DNA of 64,000 nucleotides from Candidatus Poribacteria bacterium (GCA_964291315.2 OZ219753.1:3197610-3261609), one strand, 5' to 3'; counted from the stretch's first letter, positions 39,056 through 50,015 are shown. The notes: a model not told the origin generated them from the letters alone. Numbers and translations: made by a program.

Positions 39056-39505
39056 TTATTCGGGTCCCTTAGCGGCAAAACTTTCACTAACCGGCACGAC
39101 CTTACCGGTACCTGTAGCGATAAGCGTTCCATCCTTAAGCCTGACCTCTGCTTTTGCTTCGATCAACCTTCGTGAAACTTTAGTCCGTTCTGCAGAAACA
39201 AATAGCTTCGCGCGCGTTGGCGCTGGATTTCGAAAGCGGACCTCAAGTTGTGCCGTTACAGCGTGCTGACCGAACGTACTAATTCCAACGTAAGTAATAG
39301 CTTCATCCAACAGAGTACTGAGGATCCCGCCGTGTAGAATGTCCGCCCACCCTTGCAAATGTTCTGGCGGAGTGCATTCAATATGAACTAATGCCCCGCC
39401 ATCTCTAATCTCCGGTTTAACCCGTAACCCGAACGGATTTTTCGTACCGCAGACAAAGCAGTGATCATTATTTAACGAGAGACGTGTCGATGTATCAGAT
39501 TGCAT
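39056..39505 (-). CDS. PaaI/hotdog-fold thioesterase
   Basis: CFVCG..NPFGL, HGGILSTLLDE. Confidence 0.9.
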   Translation of the reverse strand: MQSDTSTRLSLNNDHCFVCGTKNPFGLRVKPEIRDGGALVHIECTPPEHLQGWADILHGGILSTLLDEAITYVGISTFGQHAVTAQLEVRFRNPAPTRAKLFVSAERTKVSRRLIEAKAEVRLKDGTLIATGTGKVVPVSESFAAKGPE

Positions 39506-39506
39506 G

Positions 39507-42182
39507 TTAATCGCTATCTTCCTCGGCGGATTGGCTCAGCATCGCTATACTCCTAGCTAACTTCTCTTGCTCGATGAGCAGGCGTTCAAGCTGTGCCCGC
39601 TTTTGTGCAATGACATTTTCTGGAGCCCGTTGGGTGAAATTAGGATTATCTAAGGTCTGCCGCGCTGCCACTACCGCCTTGGCAGCCTGCTGATGCCGTT
39701 TGCTAAGTCTTGCCCGTTCAGCTTGCAGATCGATTACGTTGGCAAGTGGCATGTAGATAGCGAGATCTCCAATGACGGCTTCTGCTGAAGCCGGCGGTTT
39801 CTGTACGGTTTCAGCAATAGTAATGCCCGCCACGCGCGTAAAAGCGGGTAAGTACTGAGGGAGATACGTTTCAAGCCAGTTCCGAACTTCAGCATCCGGC
39901 GACTGGATATGGATGTTTACGGAGGTGCCAATCGGAACATTTAACTCACCCCGAATGCTTCGAATACTCTCAATAACCTCCATAAGCGTTGCCATAGTAG
40001 CTTCTGCCATTGGGTCTTCACCTATCGGCTCTGGCCAAGAAGCGACTGCTACGGAATCTGTGTTCACTGCAAATTCGCTACTGCTATGTGAGAGTTGTTG
40101 CCAAATTTCCTCGCTCAAGAACGGCATAATTGGGTGGATTAAACGCACCGTTTGCTCTAAAACATCAGCGGCTATCCAGAGCGCCTTTGGTTCATTTTGA
40201 GCGATCCGTTGTTTCGTGAATTCCAAGTACCAATCACAGAATTCGTGCCAAAGGAAGGCATAAAGTGTTTGTGCAGCCTCATAAAATCGAAAGTTTTCTA
40301 GGGCTTCAGTCGTTGTATTGATAGTATAGTTAAGGCGACTCCGTATCCAAGCGATCTCCAAGGTGTCCTGCGCAGCTTCCAGCATATCCGTTTCTGTGGG
40401 AATGGGGTGTTTTTCTAGATTCATGAGAACGAAGCGAGCTGCGTTCCAAATTTTGTTAGCAAATCGCCTGCCGGATTCAATCTGGGATTCTGACAGCGTG
40501 ACATAAGGAATTGGGGTGCTGACATTAGCGAGTGCAAAACGGAAGGCATCCGCGCCATAGGTGGCGACTGCCTCGAGCGGGTCTATGCTATTCCCTTTCG
40601 ACTTACTCATTTTGTCTCCGTTCTCATCAGTGACAAGTCCATGGAGATAGACCGTTCGAAACGGAACCTCGTCCATACAACCCAACCCTAACATTATCAT
40701 TCTGGCTACCCAAAAAAAGAGAATATCCCAGCCAGTCACAAGGACAGAAGTCGGATAGAACGTTTCTAATTCTGGGGTATTTTCTGGCCATCCCATAGTG
40801 GAGAAGGGCCATAACCCCGAACTAAACCATGTATCCAAAACATCCTCTTCTTGTCGGAAATCGGCGGCACCACACTCACACTGTTGCGGTTCCTTCATTG
40901 CAGCAGTAACACTCTCACATGCGTTGCAGTACCATATCGGGATCCGATGGCCCCACCACCGTTGTCGCCCGATGGGCCAGGGTTCTATATTCTCCATCCA
41001 GTGATAAAAACGGGCCGTTTCGCGTTCAGGAATAAACTTGACTTCCCCCTTCTCCGTTGCCTCAATGGCGCGCTCGGCAAGCGGACGGACATTCATAAAC
41101 CACTGCAGGGATATCGCAGGTTCAACAACCACGCCACATCTATCATGATGGCCGACAGCGTGCCGATGCGGTACAATTTTGATGAGATAGCCAGCGTTCC
41201 GCAAATCTTCCACAATGTGTTCCCGACACTCCTCTCTTGATAAACCGACATATTTTTCAGGTGCGTTTTCGTTTATATATCCATCTCGGGTAAAGACTGT
41301 ACACTGCTCAAGATCATGCCGCAAACCGATTTCATAATCATTGGTATCATGAGCAGGTGTTACTTTCAAAGCACCTGTACCGAATTCTCTATCAACGTAA
41401 ACATCGGCAATGATCGGAATATCCCTACTACACAGTGGAAGGTGTGCAGTTTTTCCGATAAGGTGTTGATACCGCTCATCTTCAGGATGCACTGCAACAG
41501 CAGTATCACCTAACATCGTTTCCGGACGTGTTGTGGCAACTTCAAGGACAATATCACTATCTTTCACAGGATAACGGATGTGATAAAAGTTACCATCTAT
41601 CTCAACGGGTTCTACCTCAAGATTACTCACAACCGTGTTACATTGCGGACACCAATTGATCATATAAGTGTCACGATAAATGAGGCCTTGATTATAGAAC
41701 TTAACGAAAGCAGTGCATACAGCTTCAGAGAGGCCCTCATCAAGCGTAAAACGCTCACGTTCCCAATCACAAGAGCATCCCATTTGTTGGAGTTGAGATA
41801 CGATATATCCAGCAGATTCGGCTTTCCATTGCCACATCCGTTCAATAAATTTTTCGCGACCCAGGTCGGTTCGACTGATACCTTCTTCAGTGAGCTGTCG
41901 TTCCATGATAAGCTCGGTCATGATACCAGCATGGTCTGTCCCTGGCATCCAGAGCGTGTTATAACCTTGCATGCGCCGCCATCGGATAAGACAATCTTGG
42001 AGTGTGTTATCAAGCGCGTGCCCGATATGCAGACTACCGGTGATATTCGGTGGCGGAATTACAATTGCATACGGCGGTTTTTCGGAAGCTGCCTCAGCAT
42101 GGAAATAGTTGTTTTTTTCCCAGAATTGATACCATTTCCTCTCAATTTCATGAGGGGTATAGGTTTTCAGGAAGTTTTCCAT
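39507..42182 (-). CDS. valS: Valine--tRNA ligase
   Basis: PPPNITGSLHIGHAL, GTDHAG, KMSKS, C-terminal coiled coil; start set at ATG 42182. Confidence 0.97.
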   Translation of the reverse strand: MENFLKTYTPHEIERKWYQFWEKNNYFHAEAASEKPPYAIVIPPPNITGSLHIGHALDNTLQDCLIRWRRMQGYNTLWMPGTDHAGIMTELIMERQLTEEGISRTDLGREKFIERMWQWKAESAGYIVSQLQQMGCSCDWERERFTLDEGLSEAVCTAFVKFYNQGLIYRDTYMINWCPQCNTVVSNLEVEPVEIDGNFYHIRYPVKDSDIVLEVATTRPETMLGDTAVAVHPEDERYQHLIGKTAHLPLCSRDIPIIADVYVDREFGTGALKVTPAHDTNDYEIGLRHDLEQCTVFTRDGYINENAPEKYVGLSREECREHIVEDLRNAGYLIKIVPHRHAVGHHDRCGVVVEPAISLQWFMNVRPLAERAIEATEKGEVKFIPERETARFYHWMENIEPWPIGRQRWWGHRIPIWYCNACESVTAAMKEPQQCECGAADFRQEEDVLDTWFSSGLWPFSTMGWPENTPELETFYPTSVLVTGWDILFFWVARMIMLGLGCMDEVPFRTVYLHGLVTDENGDKMSKSKGNSIDPLEAVATYGADAFRFALANVSTPIPYVTLSESQIESGRRFANKIWNAARFVLMNLEKHPIPTETDMLEAAQDTLEIAWIRSRLNYTINTTTEALENFRFYEAAQTLYAFLWHEFCDWYLEFTKQRIAQNEPKALWIAADVLEQTVRLIHPIMPFLSEEIWQQLSHSSSEFAVNTDSVAVASWPEPIGEDPMAEATMATLMEVIESIRSIRGELNVPIGTSVNIHIQSPDAEVRNWLETYLPQYLPAFTRVAGITIAETVQKPPASAEAVIGDLAIYMPLANVIDLQAERARLSKRHQQAAKAVVAARQTLDNPNFTQRAPENVIAQKRAQLERLLIEQEKLARSIAMLSQSAEEDSD

Positions 42183-42228
42183 ATTTTTCAAGACCTTTCT
42201 TTGCAAGATAGACTTGCAAGTGTCACCC

Positions 42229-42789
42229 TTAATCGAAAAGCGGTTCTACCCACCCATACGTCCCATTCGCCATTTCATAAAGCAGATTCACCTGTTGCGT
42301 CTCGGCGTTTAGAAACAGGAGGAAAGCTGCATTCGAGGCTTGGAGTTCTGTTGCAGCTTCCGCAACAGTGAACGGTTTAGAAGCAAATCTCTCCTGTGTT
42401 GCAACGATAACAGGAGTATTGGGATCATCAACTTCCAAAGGCATTTCTCCCGCTCCATTCGGATTGAGATGTGCTACGACTTCCCGGTCGGGTACGCTAT
42501 TTCTTCGGTCTTTCACTCTGTCCTTGTAACGACGAATCTGGCTGACAATTTTATCCGCAGCGCTGTCAAGAGCAGACATTACCTCATCGGTATGGCTTTT
42601 TGCATAGAACGACACACGAGGAGCTGTGACCATCATCTCAGCGTCAAACCGATGTTTCTCGGCTTTGAGGACAACATTCAACTCATGCATTCCACCAAAA
42701 CGAGACTTAATTTTATCAGCACGTTTGAGTATGTGTGTATGGAGATCGTCGGTAATTTTTAAGTTGTGTCCGGAATAAGTTACTTTCAT
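42229..42789 (-). CDS. hpf: Ribosome hibernation promoting factor (long HPF/RaiA)
   Basis: MKVTYSGHNLKITDDL...ALDSAADKI..QIRRYK; S30AE C-domain; follows rpoN; AGGAG RBS. Confidence 0.9.
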   Translation of the reverse strand: MKVTYSGHNLKITDDLHTHILKRADKIKSRFGGMHELNVVLKAEKHRFDAEMMVTAPRVSFYAKSHTDEVMSALDSAADKIVSQIRRYKDRVKDRRNSVPDREVVAHLNPNGAGEMPLEVDDPNTPVIVATQERFASKPFTVAEAATELQASNAAFLLFLNAETQQVNLLYEMANGTYGWVEPLFD

Positions 42790-42891
42790 TTTAAAACTCC
42801 TGATTTTTGTATATGTACCAAACCGGAGACAGAGGAAAGGCAACCCTGCAACAGACGCAAAAATAGACCGGCTTCCCGTGACGGCCACCAG

Positions 42892-44775
42892 TCAACCAGC
42901 CCGAGAATTGCTACGGACAGAAGATCTTTCACGTGATGTCGGGATACCTAATTCGTCCCGGTATTTCTGAACAGTCCGTCTTGCGATTCGGATACCTTTT
43001 GTCTTCAATATATTACTAATTGCCTGATCACTGAGAGATTTCCCAGGCATCTCGTCCCGAATCATTTCTTGAATCAAACCTTTCACCTGCTTGGAAGAAA
43101 CAGATTCCCCACGTGTTGTTAAGAGTTCATTGCTGAAGAAAAACCGGAGCGGATACATACCGTGCGGGGTCTGGACATACTTATTGCTCGTTACACGACT
43201 AACAGTTGACTCATGAATACCCAATTTCTCAGCGATTGTTCTCAGCGTTAGAGGTTTAATGCCTTTAGTACCTTGTGTCAGAAATTCGGTTTGTATCTCA
43301 AAGATAGCTTCAGTAACTCGAGCGATCGTGCTGCCGCGATGTGCAAGGCTGCTCAGCAGGTTCGACGCATCACGATACCGCTTTTCTATCCATTCCTTCG
43401 CCTCCGGATCTAAGGTATCCTGATGATTCCGCATCATATTTAGATAATACGGATTTATCTGCAGCCGTGGTATATAACTATCCACAGAAACAGCCTGATA
43501 TTTTCCATTAAGGTACTGTATTTCCACATCAGGTGTAACAGTTTCTGTGAGCTCCCTATTCTTAAGTATAAGCCTCATCGGATCAGTAAAGTAGCGACCT
43601 GGGTATGGAGACAAAGTGCCTATCCATCGAGCAGCTGCGTCAATCTCTGCAACCTCAACTTTCAGGGCCTCAGCAATGTCCTCCCATTGGCGATTAAGAA
43701 AAGCGTCAAACTGCTTCTCAACGATCTCCTGGGCAAGGCGACACGTGGATCCTTGTCTATCCAAAAAATCCGAGGCTTCCTTTTCAGAATCTGATGAGTG
43801 GAAGCTCCCGTTCTCCTTCACATTTTCCTGCGCCTCTCCTTGCAGATTGCGAATCTGAATTAGTAATGCCTCTCGAACATCGCGATATGCAATGCCACAT
43901 GGTTCAAAAGTATCTTGTATCTTACGGAGTACAACCTCAACCAATGCTACATTACATCCGACCTCATCAGCAATATCGTCTAACGTCAATTGATAGAAGT
44001 TTAAAATACATTTATCACTACAAGGAAGTCGTTCGTATAGAACAGTATATGTCTTTTTGTTGTCGGTATCACTAATTTTCCAAGCTCTCTTTACGCGTGG
44101 GAGCTCATTCTCGTCAGAAGCGCCTATGATCTTTTTCGGTGCAATCGTAGCAGTTTCTGAGAATTGGATATCACTATTATTTGATTTTTGTAGTTTTTTT
44201 TCAATGCTACTATGTAGCTCTGCTGAGAGCTCAACGTTATCAAGGTCCCCTAGAAATTCACACGGAATCTGAAACAGTTTGAGTTCCAACTGTCCATCAT
44301 CATTTAAGTTTCCGAGAATGCATTCTCCGATGGCGAGTTCCATTTCCGAGGTTATAATATGGGGATAGGCGAGCCGCAGCTGCTCAGCAAGGTGCTCATG
44401 CAGCAAACGTTCCTCTGGTACATCTAATGACAGCTCGCTAGAGTCCGAGGTGGCAGAATTTCTGGAATTCGCCCGCTCACTAAGTGAAATACGCTCCTCA
44501 AAAACGGTATCCCAATCAATATCAACAGTAGTATCTTCTTGATCAACAGTTTTTTCGGGTTCATTCCACTCAAGTGCTGGGTCCGGTTCCTCAAGAGGTA
44601 AAGTTGTCTCCGCTTCTTGCAGTTCAAGAAGCGGGTTCTGCTCTAATTCTTGCTTAATAAATTGCGTTAGTTCCTGCAGGGGCATATTGAGCACTTTAAG
44701 TGCCTGTTGCAACCTCGGCGTAATAGACATCTTTTGCGTCAGCTGAGGAGTCTGGGTAAGTTGCACTTTGTACAT
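42892..44775 (-). CDS. rpoN: RNA polymerase sigma-54 factor with internal insertions
   Basis: Q-rich region I, ELEQNPLLE, HESTVSRVTSNKY, RpoN box ARRTVQKYR; start set at ATG 44775. Confidence 0.95.
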   Translation of the reverse strand: MYKVQLTQTPQLTQKMSITPRLQQALKVLNMPLQELTQFIKQELEQNPLLELQEAETTLPLEEPDPALEWNEPEKTVDQEDTTVDIDWDTVFEERISLSERANSRNSATSDSSELSLDVPEERLLHEHLAEQLRLAYPHIITSEMELAIGECILGNLNDDGQLELKLFQIPCEFLGDLDNVELSAELHSSIEKKLQKSNNSDIQFSETATIAPKKIIGASDENELPRVKRAWKISDTDNKKTYTVLYERLPCSDKCILNFYQLTLDDIADEVGCNVALVEVVLRKIQDTFEPCGIAYRDVREALLIQIRNLQGEAQENVKENGSFHSSDSEKEASDFLDRQGSTCRLAQEIVEKQFDAFLNRQWEDIAEALKVEVAEIDAAARWIGTLSPYPGRYFTDPMRLILKNRELTETVTPDVEIQYLNGKYQAVSVDSYIPRLQINPYYLNMMRNHQDTLDPEAKEWIEKRYRDASNLLSSLAHRGSTIARVTEAIFEIQTEFLTQGTKGIKPLTLRTIAEKLGIHESTVSRVTSNKYVQTPHGMYPLRFFFSNELLTTRGESVSSKQVKGLIQEMIRDEMPGKSLSDQAISNILKTKGIRIARRTVQKYRDELGIPTSRERSSVRSNSRAG

Positions 44776-44928
44776 TTCTTGCCTCTGTTGAATATATATA
44801 GTGGATTGGGCGTTTACGTTTCCTAAATTTACCTTATGAGAGCTGTATCGATAACACTCGGTTAATCCAACAGATAACGCACGGCGGAGGACATTGTCAA
44901 AAGACTCAGCCATGCAATAGTTGCAGAG

Positions 44929-45693
44929 CTAATCCCCGGGAGACTCAATAGCGTCTGCGACTCGATAGGAAAAGTTATGCCCAAAATAGAGATCCCTCGC
45001 TTTCTCATTGTTAATGAGTTCTGTGGGCGTTCCAGCGAGCGTAATTTTCCCATCGACAATGATATACGCCCTGTCAACTATATCCAGGGTCTCAACAGCG
45101 TTATGGTCTGTAATAAGTACGCCAAGATTTCGTGATCGTAAATGCGAGATGAGCTGCTTAATGTCAGCAACAGCAATTGGATCTATCCCGGAGAGGGGTT
45201 CATCTAGCAGAATGAAATCAGGTTGCGCAGCGAGGGCTCGTGCTATTTCCGCACGCCGACATTCACCCCCCGAGAGCGTATACGCCTTACGCGTTAAGAG
45301 ATCTGAAATGCCAAGCTCATCCGTCAACTCATGAATACGAGGTTTACGCTCAGATTTCGGTACCCTTTGTACTTCAAGAACCGCCTCAATATTCTGTTGA
45401 ACTGTTAATTTCCGGAAAATCGAAGTCTCTTGTGCCAGATAGCCGATACCAAGCCGGGCTCGTTTATACATCGGATAGAAAGTAATGTCCTCGTCGGCAT
45501 ACATGATTCTACCAGCATTTGGACGAATCAAACCGACTACCATGTAGAACGTCGTCGATTTTCCAGCACCGTTTGGCCCCAAGAGCCCGACTATTTCACC
45601 TTGCTGTACCGACAAGCTCACTTCATTGACGACAATGGGGCCCCGGCGTGTATAACGTTTTACGAGTCTGTGTGCTTGGAGTTCTATTGCCAC
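44929..45693 (-). CDS. lptB: LPS export ABC transporter ATP-binding protein
   Basis: GPNGAGKST, YLAQETSIFRKL, ITDHN; lptCAB-rpoN-hpf synteny. Confidence 0.95.
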   Translation of the reverse strand: MAIELQAHRLVKRYTRRGPIVVNEVSLSVQQGEIVGLLGPNGAGKSTTFYMVVGLIRPNAGRIMYADEDITFYPMYKRARLGIGYLAQETSIFRKLTVQQNIEAVLEVQRVPKSERKPRIHELTDELGISDLLTRKAYTLSGGECRRAEIARALAAQPDFILLDEPLSGIDPIAVADIKQLISHLRSRNLGVLITDHNAVETLDIVDRAYIIVDGKITLAGTPTELINNEKARDLYFGHNFSYRVADAIESPGD

Positions 45694-45844
45694 GATTTCT
45701 AAATTACGACACCTTACCTTGATTGACCCATAGGGTCATTGTAATGAAATTCATAACGCTTTAAGACAGACCTAACGGCCCCATCATACCGAGTGTTGAC
45801 AAAAAGGTTTTGATAGGTAAGCAGTCTTAGCGGACATAATTCGC

Positions 45845-46783
45845 TCAATCGCTCTCGGAGTCTTCGGTTTCATCAGTCTTATCTGTGCTATTGACATCTT
45901 CAGCATCTGTATCAGTTTCATCTTCCGAATCGGTATCCTCAGACCCCTCAATATCTGCGTCAGGTTTTTCTTTTGCGTCCCCGTTTGCCTTGGGCATATC
46001 AGCGTTAGGGTCCTTCTCAATTTCACCTTCTGTTCCATCAAGCGTAGCTGTAGAAGTTTCATCTTCAGTAGTGCTTGCACCACCTTCGGCATCTGCGCCA
46101 GTTTCTGTCTTTACTGGTTCTGCCTGTGTAACGGTAACCTTAAATTTAACACCGCCTTCGCCAGTCTGCTTGCCGGTTGTCCTATTAAAAGTGAAAAGTT
46201 TGGTTTCGAGCCGGTCTCTGTTCTGTAAAACCACAACATTCTCTTTCAGCACAACAGTATTCGTCAAGTTGTTCATGATCGCCTGATCACAAGTAGCAAA
46301 TATATCTTGATCACGGATTTCTACACTCCCCACGGCAATAACTTCCGTTGTTGCCCCCGTTTCCGGATCACTCTTGAGGGTGATTTTATCAGCATTGAGG
46401 AATCCAATTTCAACGCCTTGTTCGTTATATCGGACAGTTTTGGCTTCGTCGATAAGAACCGTTATGCCCTCTTTCTCAAATCTTTCCATTCTCTTTGAAG
46501 TGCCAGTAATGGTTTCTGTAGTCGATCCAGCAGCGCTGCCCCTATTGGCACTTGCGCCTTCTTCATTTTCAGAGTTTTCCGCTTCCAGCACACTGTTTTC
46601 TGTAGGTGATGCCACAGCGGCGGGGGCTTCGGTTTCCTCCGCATTGAGGACTAAAGGAACAACACATATAAAAAATAGAAAAAGACCTGTATAAACAAAA
46701 TTACACAATTTGTGAAAGTAAAATCGTTGCTCAGGTCTATTCCTGCACAACAGGTGTTCTGTGATATTTATCTGTTTTCTCAT
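45845..46783 (-). CDS. lptA: LptA/OstA-like LPS transport protein with acidic tail
   Basis: Beta-jellyroll pattern (AVGSVEI, ATCDQA, VVLKENVVVLQ); position between lptC and lptB. Confidence 0.75.
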   Translation of the reverse strand: MRKQINITEHLLCRNRPEQRFYFHKLCNFVYTGLFLFFICVVPLVLNAEETEAPAAVASPTENSVLEAENSENEEGASANRGSAAGSTTETITGTSKRMERFEKEGITVLIDEAKTVRYNEQGVEIGFLNADKITLKSDPETGATTEVIAVGSVEIRDQDIFATCDQAIMNNLTNTVVLKENVVVLQNRDRLETKLFTFNRTTGKQTGEGGVKFKVTVTQAEPVKTETGADAEGGASTTEDETSTATLDGTEGEIEKDPNADMPKANGDAKEKPDADIEGSEDTDSEDETDTDAEDVNSTDKTDETEDSESD

Positions 46784-47411
46784 CTTTTGGGTAAAGTTTA
46801 AATCGATTATTTTTCATTTTTACCGTTTCAAGCGTCGGATTCGCATACATCTCGGTTCCGACCCAGGTGGAATCTCCACGTATAAGTGTTACTTCCTCCG
46901 GGGCATACAACCTACCTGCCCGACTCTGCCAATGGAGGTGTTCAGTATACAAAATACCATTCTCGCTGACACCGACGACATGTCCTGATAGATAGAGATC
47001 GTTTTTCTTGCTACCTGTCAGAATCTGTTTGCCCTTTTGACTTTTCAAAGTCATAAAAACGACACCGTCTTCAAAAATCTCAACAGTTGGACTTTCAACT
47101 TCAACATAATTTCCGTGGAATGCTGAGGTATCACCAACAAGTGTCCATTTGACCAGCCCCGCTTCAGTATGCTGTGTGGAAAACTGCTCCAATTGCTGTG
47201 TCGGAATTGCTTCCACGGGTTCGTCAGACGGACCAACGAGGGTTTCCGTACTTTTGCAACACGTTAGGCAGAAAAGCGAACAAAGATACAAACACATGAT
47301 GATGCAACTAAGGTTGTGTTTTCCATCGTCGATGCATCCAAATCCACTGTGCTGGGTACCGCCGAACGTAGAATTCAATAATCTTTGTGAATTTCTGTGT
47401 ATTGACAACAA
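46737..47411 (-). CDS. lptC: LPS export protein LptC (start uncertain, perhaps ATG 47297)
   Basis: KWTL, LYTEHLHW, VTLIRGD...GTEMYAN pattern; synteny. Confidence 0.8.
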   Translation of the reverse strand: MLSIHRNSQRLLNSTFGGTQHSGFGCIDDGKHNLSCIIMCLYLCSLFCLTCCKSTETLVGPSDEPVEAIPTQQLEQFSTQHTEAGLVKWTLVGDTSAFHGNYVEVESPTVEIFEDGVVFMTLKSQKGKQILTGSKKNDLYLSGHVVGVSENGILYTEHLHWQSRAGRLYAPEEVTLIRGDSTWVGTEMYANPTLETVKMKNNRFKLYPKDEKTDKYHRTPVVQE

Positions 47412-48180
47412 GATCCTTCTCTTTTACATTTGTCCGCTGCAACATCAAAGGCGGCTCAATAATCGCACGGTGTGAACCATCAGGCTGACGAACAATAAAC
47501 GTCGGTAGTACCGGTGCCCTTGTCTTGAGCGCAATAGCGACAGGACTATACGGTGTATAGGCGGGTCTACCAAAAAAATCGACAAAAACACCGCTTACAC
47601 TTGTGTCTACATCAGCGACAATACCAAGCAACTCGTTGCGTTTAAGGCATCGAAGAGCGTGCCGAACTCCTGTATCCCGATCAATCACAGCATATCCGGC
47701 TTGTGCCCGGTAACGTGAAACTAAGGCGTTTAAGCGAGAAGAACGCAGCTTGCGAGCAATAGGTGTCAACGGAGCAATCGTAGCAGAAATACTTGCTGCA
47801 AGCAATTCCCAATTCCCGAAATGCCCTGTCAGAATGATAGCTCCTTTCCCTTGTGCAAGCGCCTCCTCCACATGCTGGATGCCTTGAAAACGGACATATT
47901 GCTGAATTTGTTTTGAATTCATGTGAGGCAATTGCATAAATTCTAAGACAGTCTTGCCTAAATTTTCAAAGCACTGCTTCGCTATCGCCCTCATCTCGTG
48001 TTCATCCACGTAGTCCAAGCTGGCACGTAAGTGTTCACATGTTAACTTCCTTTGCTGCGGTGCAATCCAGAATATGAGAGCTCCTAACCGACCGCCAATA
48101 GCCAACATAACAGAACGAGGCAGTCGAGATACAAAGAATCCAATTAATTTCGCGGTAAACTCGTAACACCAGTCTTTCAT
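47308..48180 (-). CDS. Lipid A late acyltransferase (LpxL/HtrB family)
   Basis: GHFGNWE, VDFFG, PAQWIWMHRRWK. Confidence 0.9.
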   Translation of the reverse strand: MKDWCYEFTAKLIGFFVSRLPRSVMLAIGGRLGALIFWIAPQQRKLTCEHLRASLDYVDEHEMRAIAKQCFENLGKTVLEFMQLPHMNSKQIQQYVRFQGIQHVEEALAQGKGAIILTGHFGNWELLAASISATIAPLTPIARKLRSSRLNALVSRYRAQAGYAVIDRDTGVRHALRCLKRNELLGIVADVDTSVSGVFVDFFGRPAYTPYSPVAIALKTRAPVLPTFIVRQPDGSHRAIIEPPLMLQRTNVKEKDLVVNTQKFTKIIEFYVRRYPAQWIWMHRRWKTQP

Positions 48181-48474
48181 TATTAATTAGTATACTAAAT
48201 TTCTACCAAAATTACAAAGAAATTTGCAGAGTAGCAAGTAACGCCTATCAAATCTAGACAATTTTTTCCATTTCTTAATTACTTCCGCTTGCAGTCCGAA
48301 AATGCCATGCCTCTTTCATAGCATCCTCTGTTTTTAGTTACGAACAACTTCGGTTCTCTTCAAAAAATAGTCAAAGCTCACCAAGCTGAAAACTAAACAA
48401 GCCCGGCGAAATAGCACTTGCATCTCATCGCAATTGCAAGTAAAATCTGAAACAGATACAGAACGGAAACCTCT

Positions 48475-49794
48475 ATGTACACCACTGAAAACATCAATAA
48501 GCAGATTGTTAATCTCGCGCTTCCAAATATCATCAGCAATTTCTCTGTCCCTCTTTTAGGAGCAGTAGATACCGCTTTGATGGGACGATTAGAGCCCGAA
48601 TACTACCTTGGAGCAATCGGTATCAGCGGGATTATTTTCAGCTTTATCTATTGGGGGTTCGGTTTTATCAGAATGGCAACCACAGGACTCACCGCGCAAG
48701 CCTTCGGGGACAATAACACACTAGAATGCGGACACCTGCTCATACGCGCTACATGCCTCGGTATCACGTCAAGTCTATTACTGTTTATCTTCCAATGGAA
48801 CCTTATCGATCTCAGTTTCTTATTTATTGATGCAAGTCCTAAAGTGGAACAACTCGCCCGTATTTATTTTCACATCCGTATCTATGCTGCTCCGGCGACA
48901 CTGTGCCTCCATGCATTTCACGGGGTTTTTCTAGGTTTACAGAATGCACACTATCCCATGTTGTTGACGATTATGGTGAACTTTGTCAATATCATCTTAA
49001 ATTTGGTGTTTGTACAGGTACTCGGTATGAAAGTGGCAGGCGTGGCATTAGCAACCGTTATTGCGCAATATATAGGAGCACTTTTAGCAGTTCTACTCTT
49101 CTTCAGACGCTACCGAAGTCTCCTAGCAGCATGGGACATCCGAGAAGTCTTGGACCTTCCGAAACTTAAGCGATTTCTAGGTATTAGCGGCGACATTTTT
49201 ATTCGTACGCTCTGCCTGGTGTTTAGCAACGCCTATTTCACAGCAAAATCCGCGGCTTTGAGCGATACTTTTTTGGCGATTAACACTATTCTACTACAAT
49301 ATATTCATCTAATGTCCCATGCAATCGATGGGTTCGCTTTTGCAGCAGAGAGCTTAGTCGGCAAGTACAAAGGAGCAGAAGATACGCTAAACCTCAAAGA
49401 GACTATCCGCCAGATATTCTTTTGGGCATTTCTGTTCGGCATCGCGATTATGCTAACTTTCATGGTTCTTGGAGAGCAAATGCTACACCTTTTTACAAAT
49501 CAGATGCCGCTTATTGAAGGAGCAAAGCCTTACCTTATCTGGGTAATCGCAGCCCCGATTGTTAACGTTGCTGCTTACATTTGGGACGGCATCTTTCTAG
49601 GAGTGACTGCCTCTAAGGCTTTGCGGAATTCCGTAATGGTGTCAACCCTGGCCTACTTAATTGCTGTCTACCTGCTCACACCTTATAACAATCACGGTTT
49701 GTGGGGAGCGTTAACAGTCCTCCTCGTTACCCGTGGCATTTCGTTGACAATACTGACACCGAAATACCTTTTCAAACCAAAGGGGCTCGGATAG
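48475..49794 (+). CDS. MATE family efflux transporter (DinF-like)
   Basis: LALPNIISNFSVPLLGAVDTA, GFIRMATTGLTAQA, DIFIRT. Confidence 0.92.
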   Translation: MYTTENINKQIVNLALPNIISNFSVPLLGAVDTALMGRLEPEYYLGAIGISGIIFSFIYWGFGFIRMATTGLTAQAFGDNNTLECGHLLIRATCLGITSSLLLFIFQWNLIDLSFLFIDASPKVEQLARIYFHIRIYAAPATLCLHAFHGVFLGLQNAHYPMLLTIMVNFVNIILNLVFVQVLGMKVAGVALATVIAQYIGALLAVLLFFRRYRSLLAAWDIREVLDLPKLKRFLGISGDIFIRTLCLVFSNAYFTAKSAALSDTFLAINTILLQYIHLMSHAIDGFAFAAESLVGKYKGAEDTLNLKETIRQIFFWAFLFGIAIMLTFMVLGEQMLHLFTNQMPLIEGAKPYLIWVIAAPIVNVAAYIWDGIFLGVTASKALRNSVMVSTLAYLIAVYLLTPYNNHGLWGALTVLLVTRGISLTILTPKYLFKPKGLG

Positions 49795-50015
49795 ACAGAA
49801 TATCTTCACAGACCTACCAAAAGTCTAAGGCGAGTTTGATAAATATCTGGCTCGTTTTTGAATAAAGAGAAACCTTTGGTACACCCAGATCGGTTCGAAA
49901 AAACTACAGACGAGAAAACAGGTACCGCTGATAGATAAAATAAAAAGGTTGAAAACGGTTTTGGATTTATGCTAAACTTCAGAAATAGTACATGCTATCA
50001 GGAGGACAATATAAA

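Noticed and set aside
43990-44286. Intein in RpoN
   Set aside because: Lacks an N-terminal Cys/Ser and a C-terminal His-Asn followed by Cys/Ser/Thr
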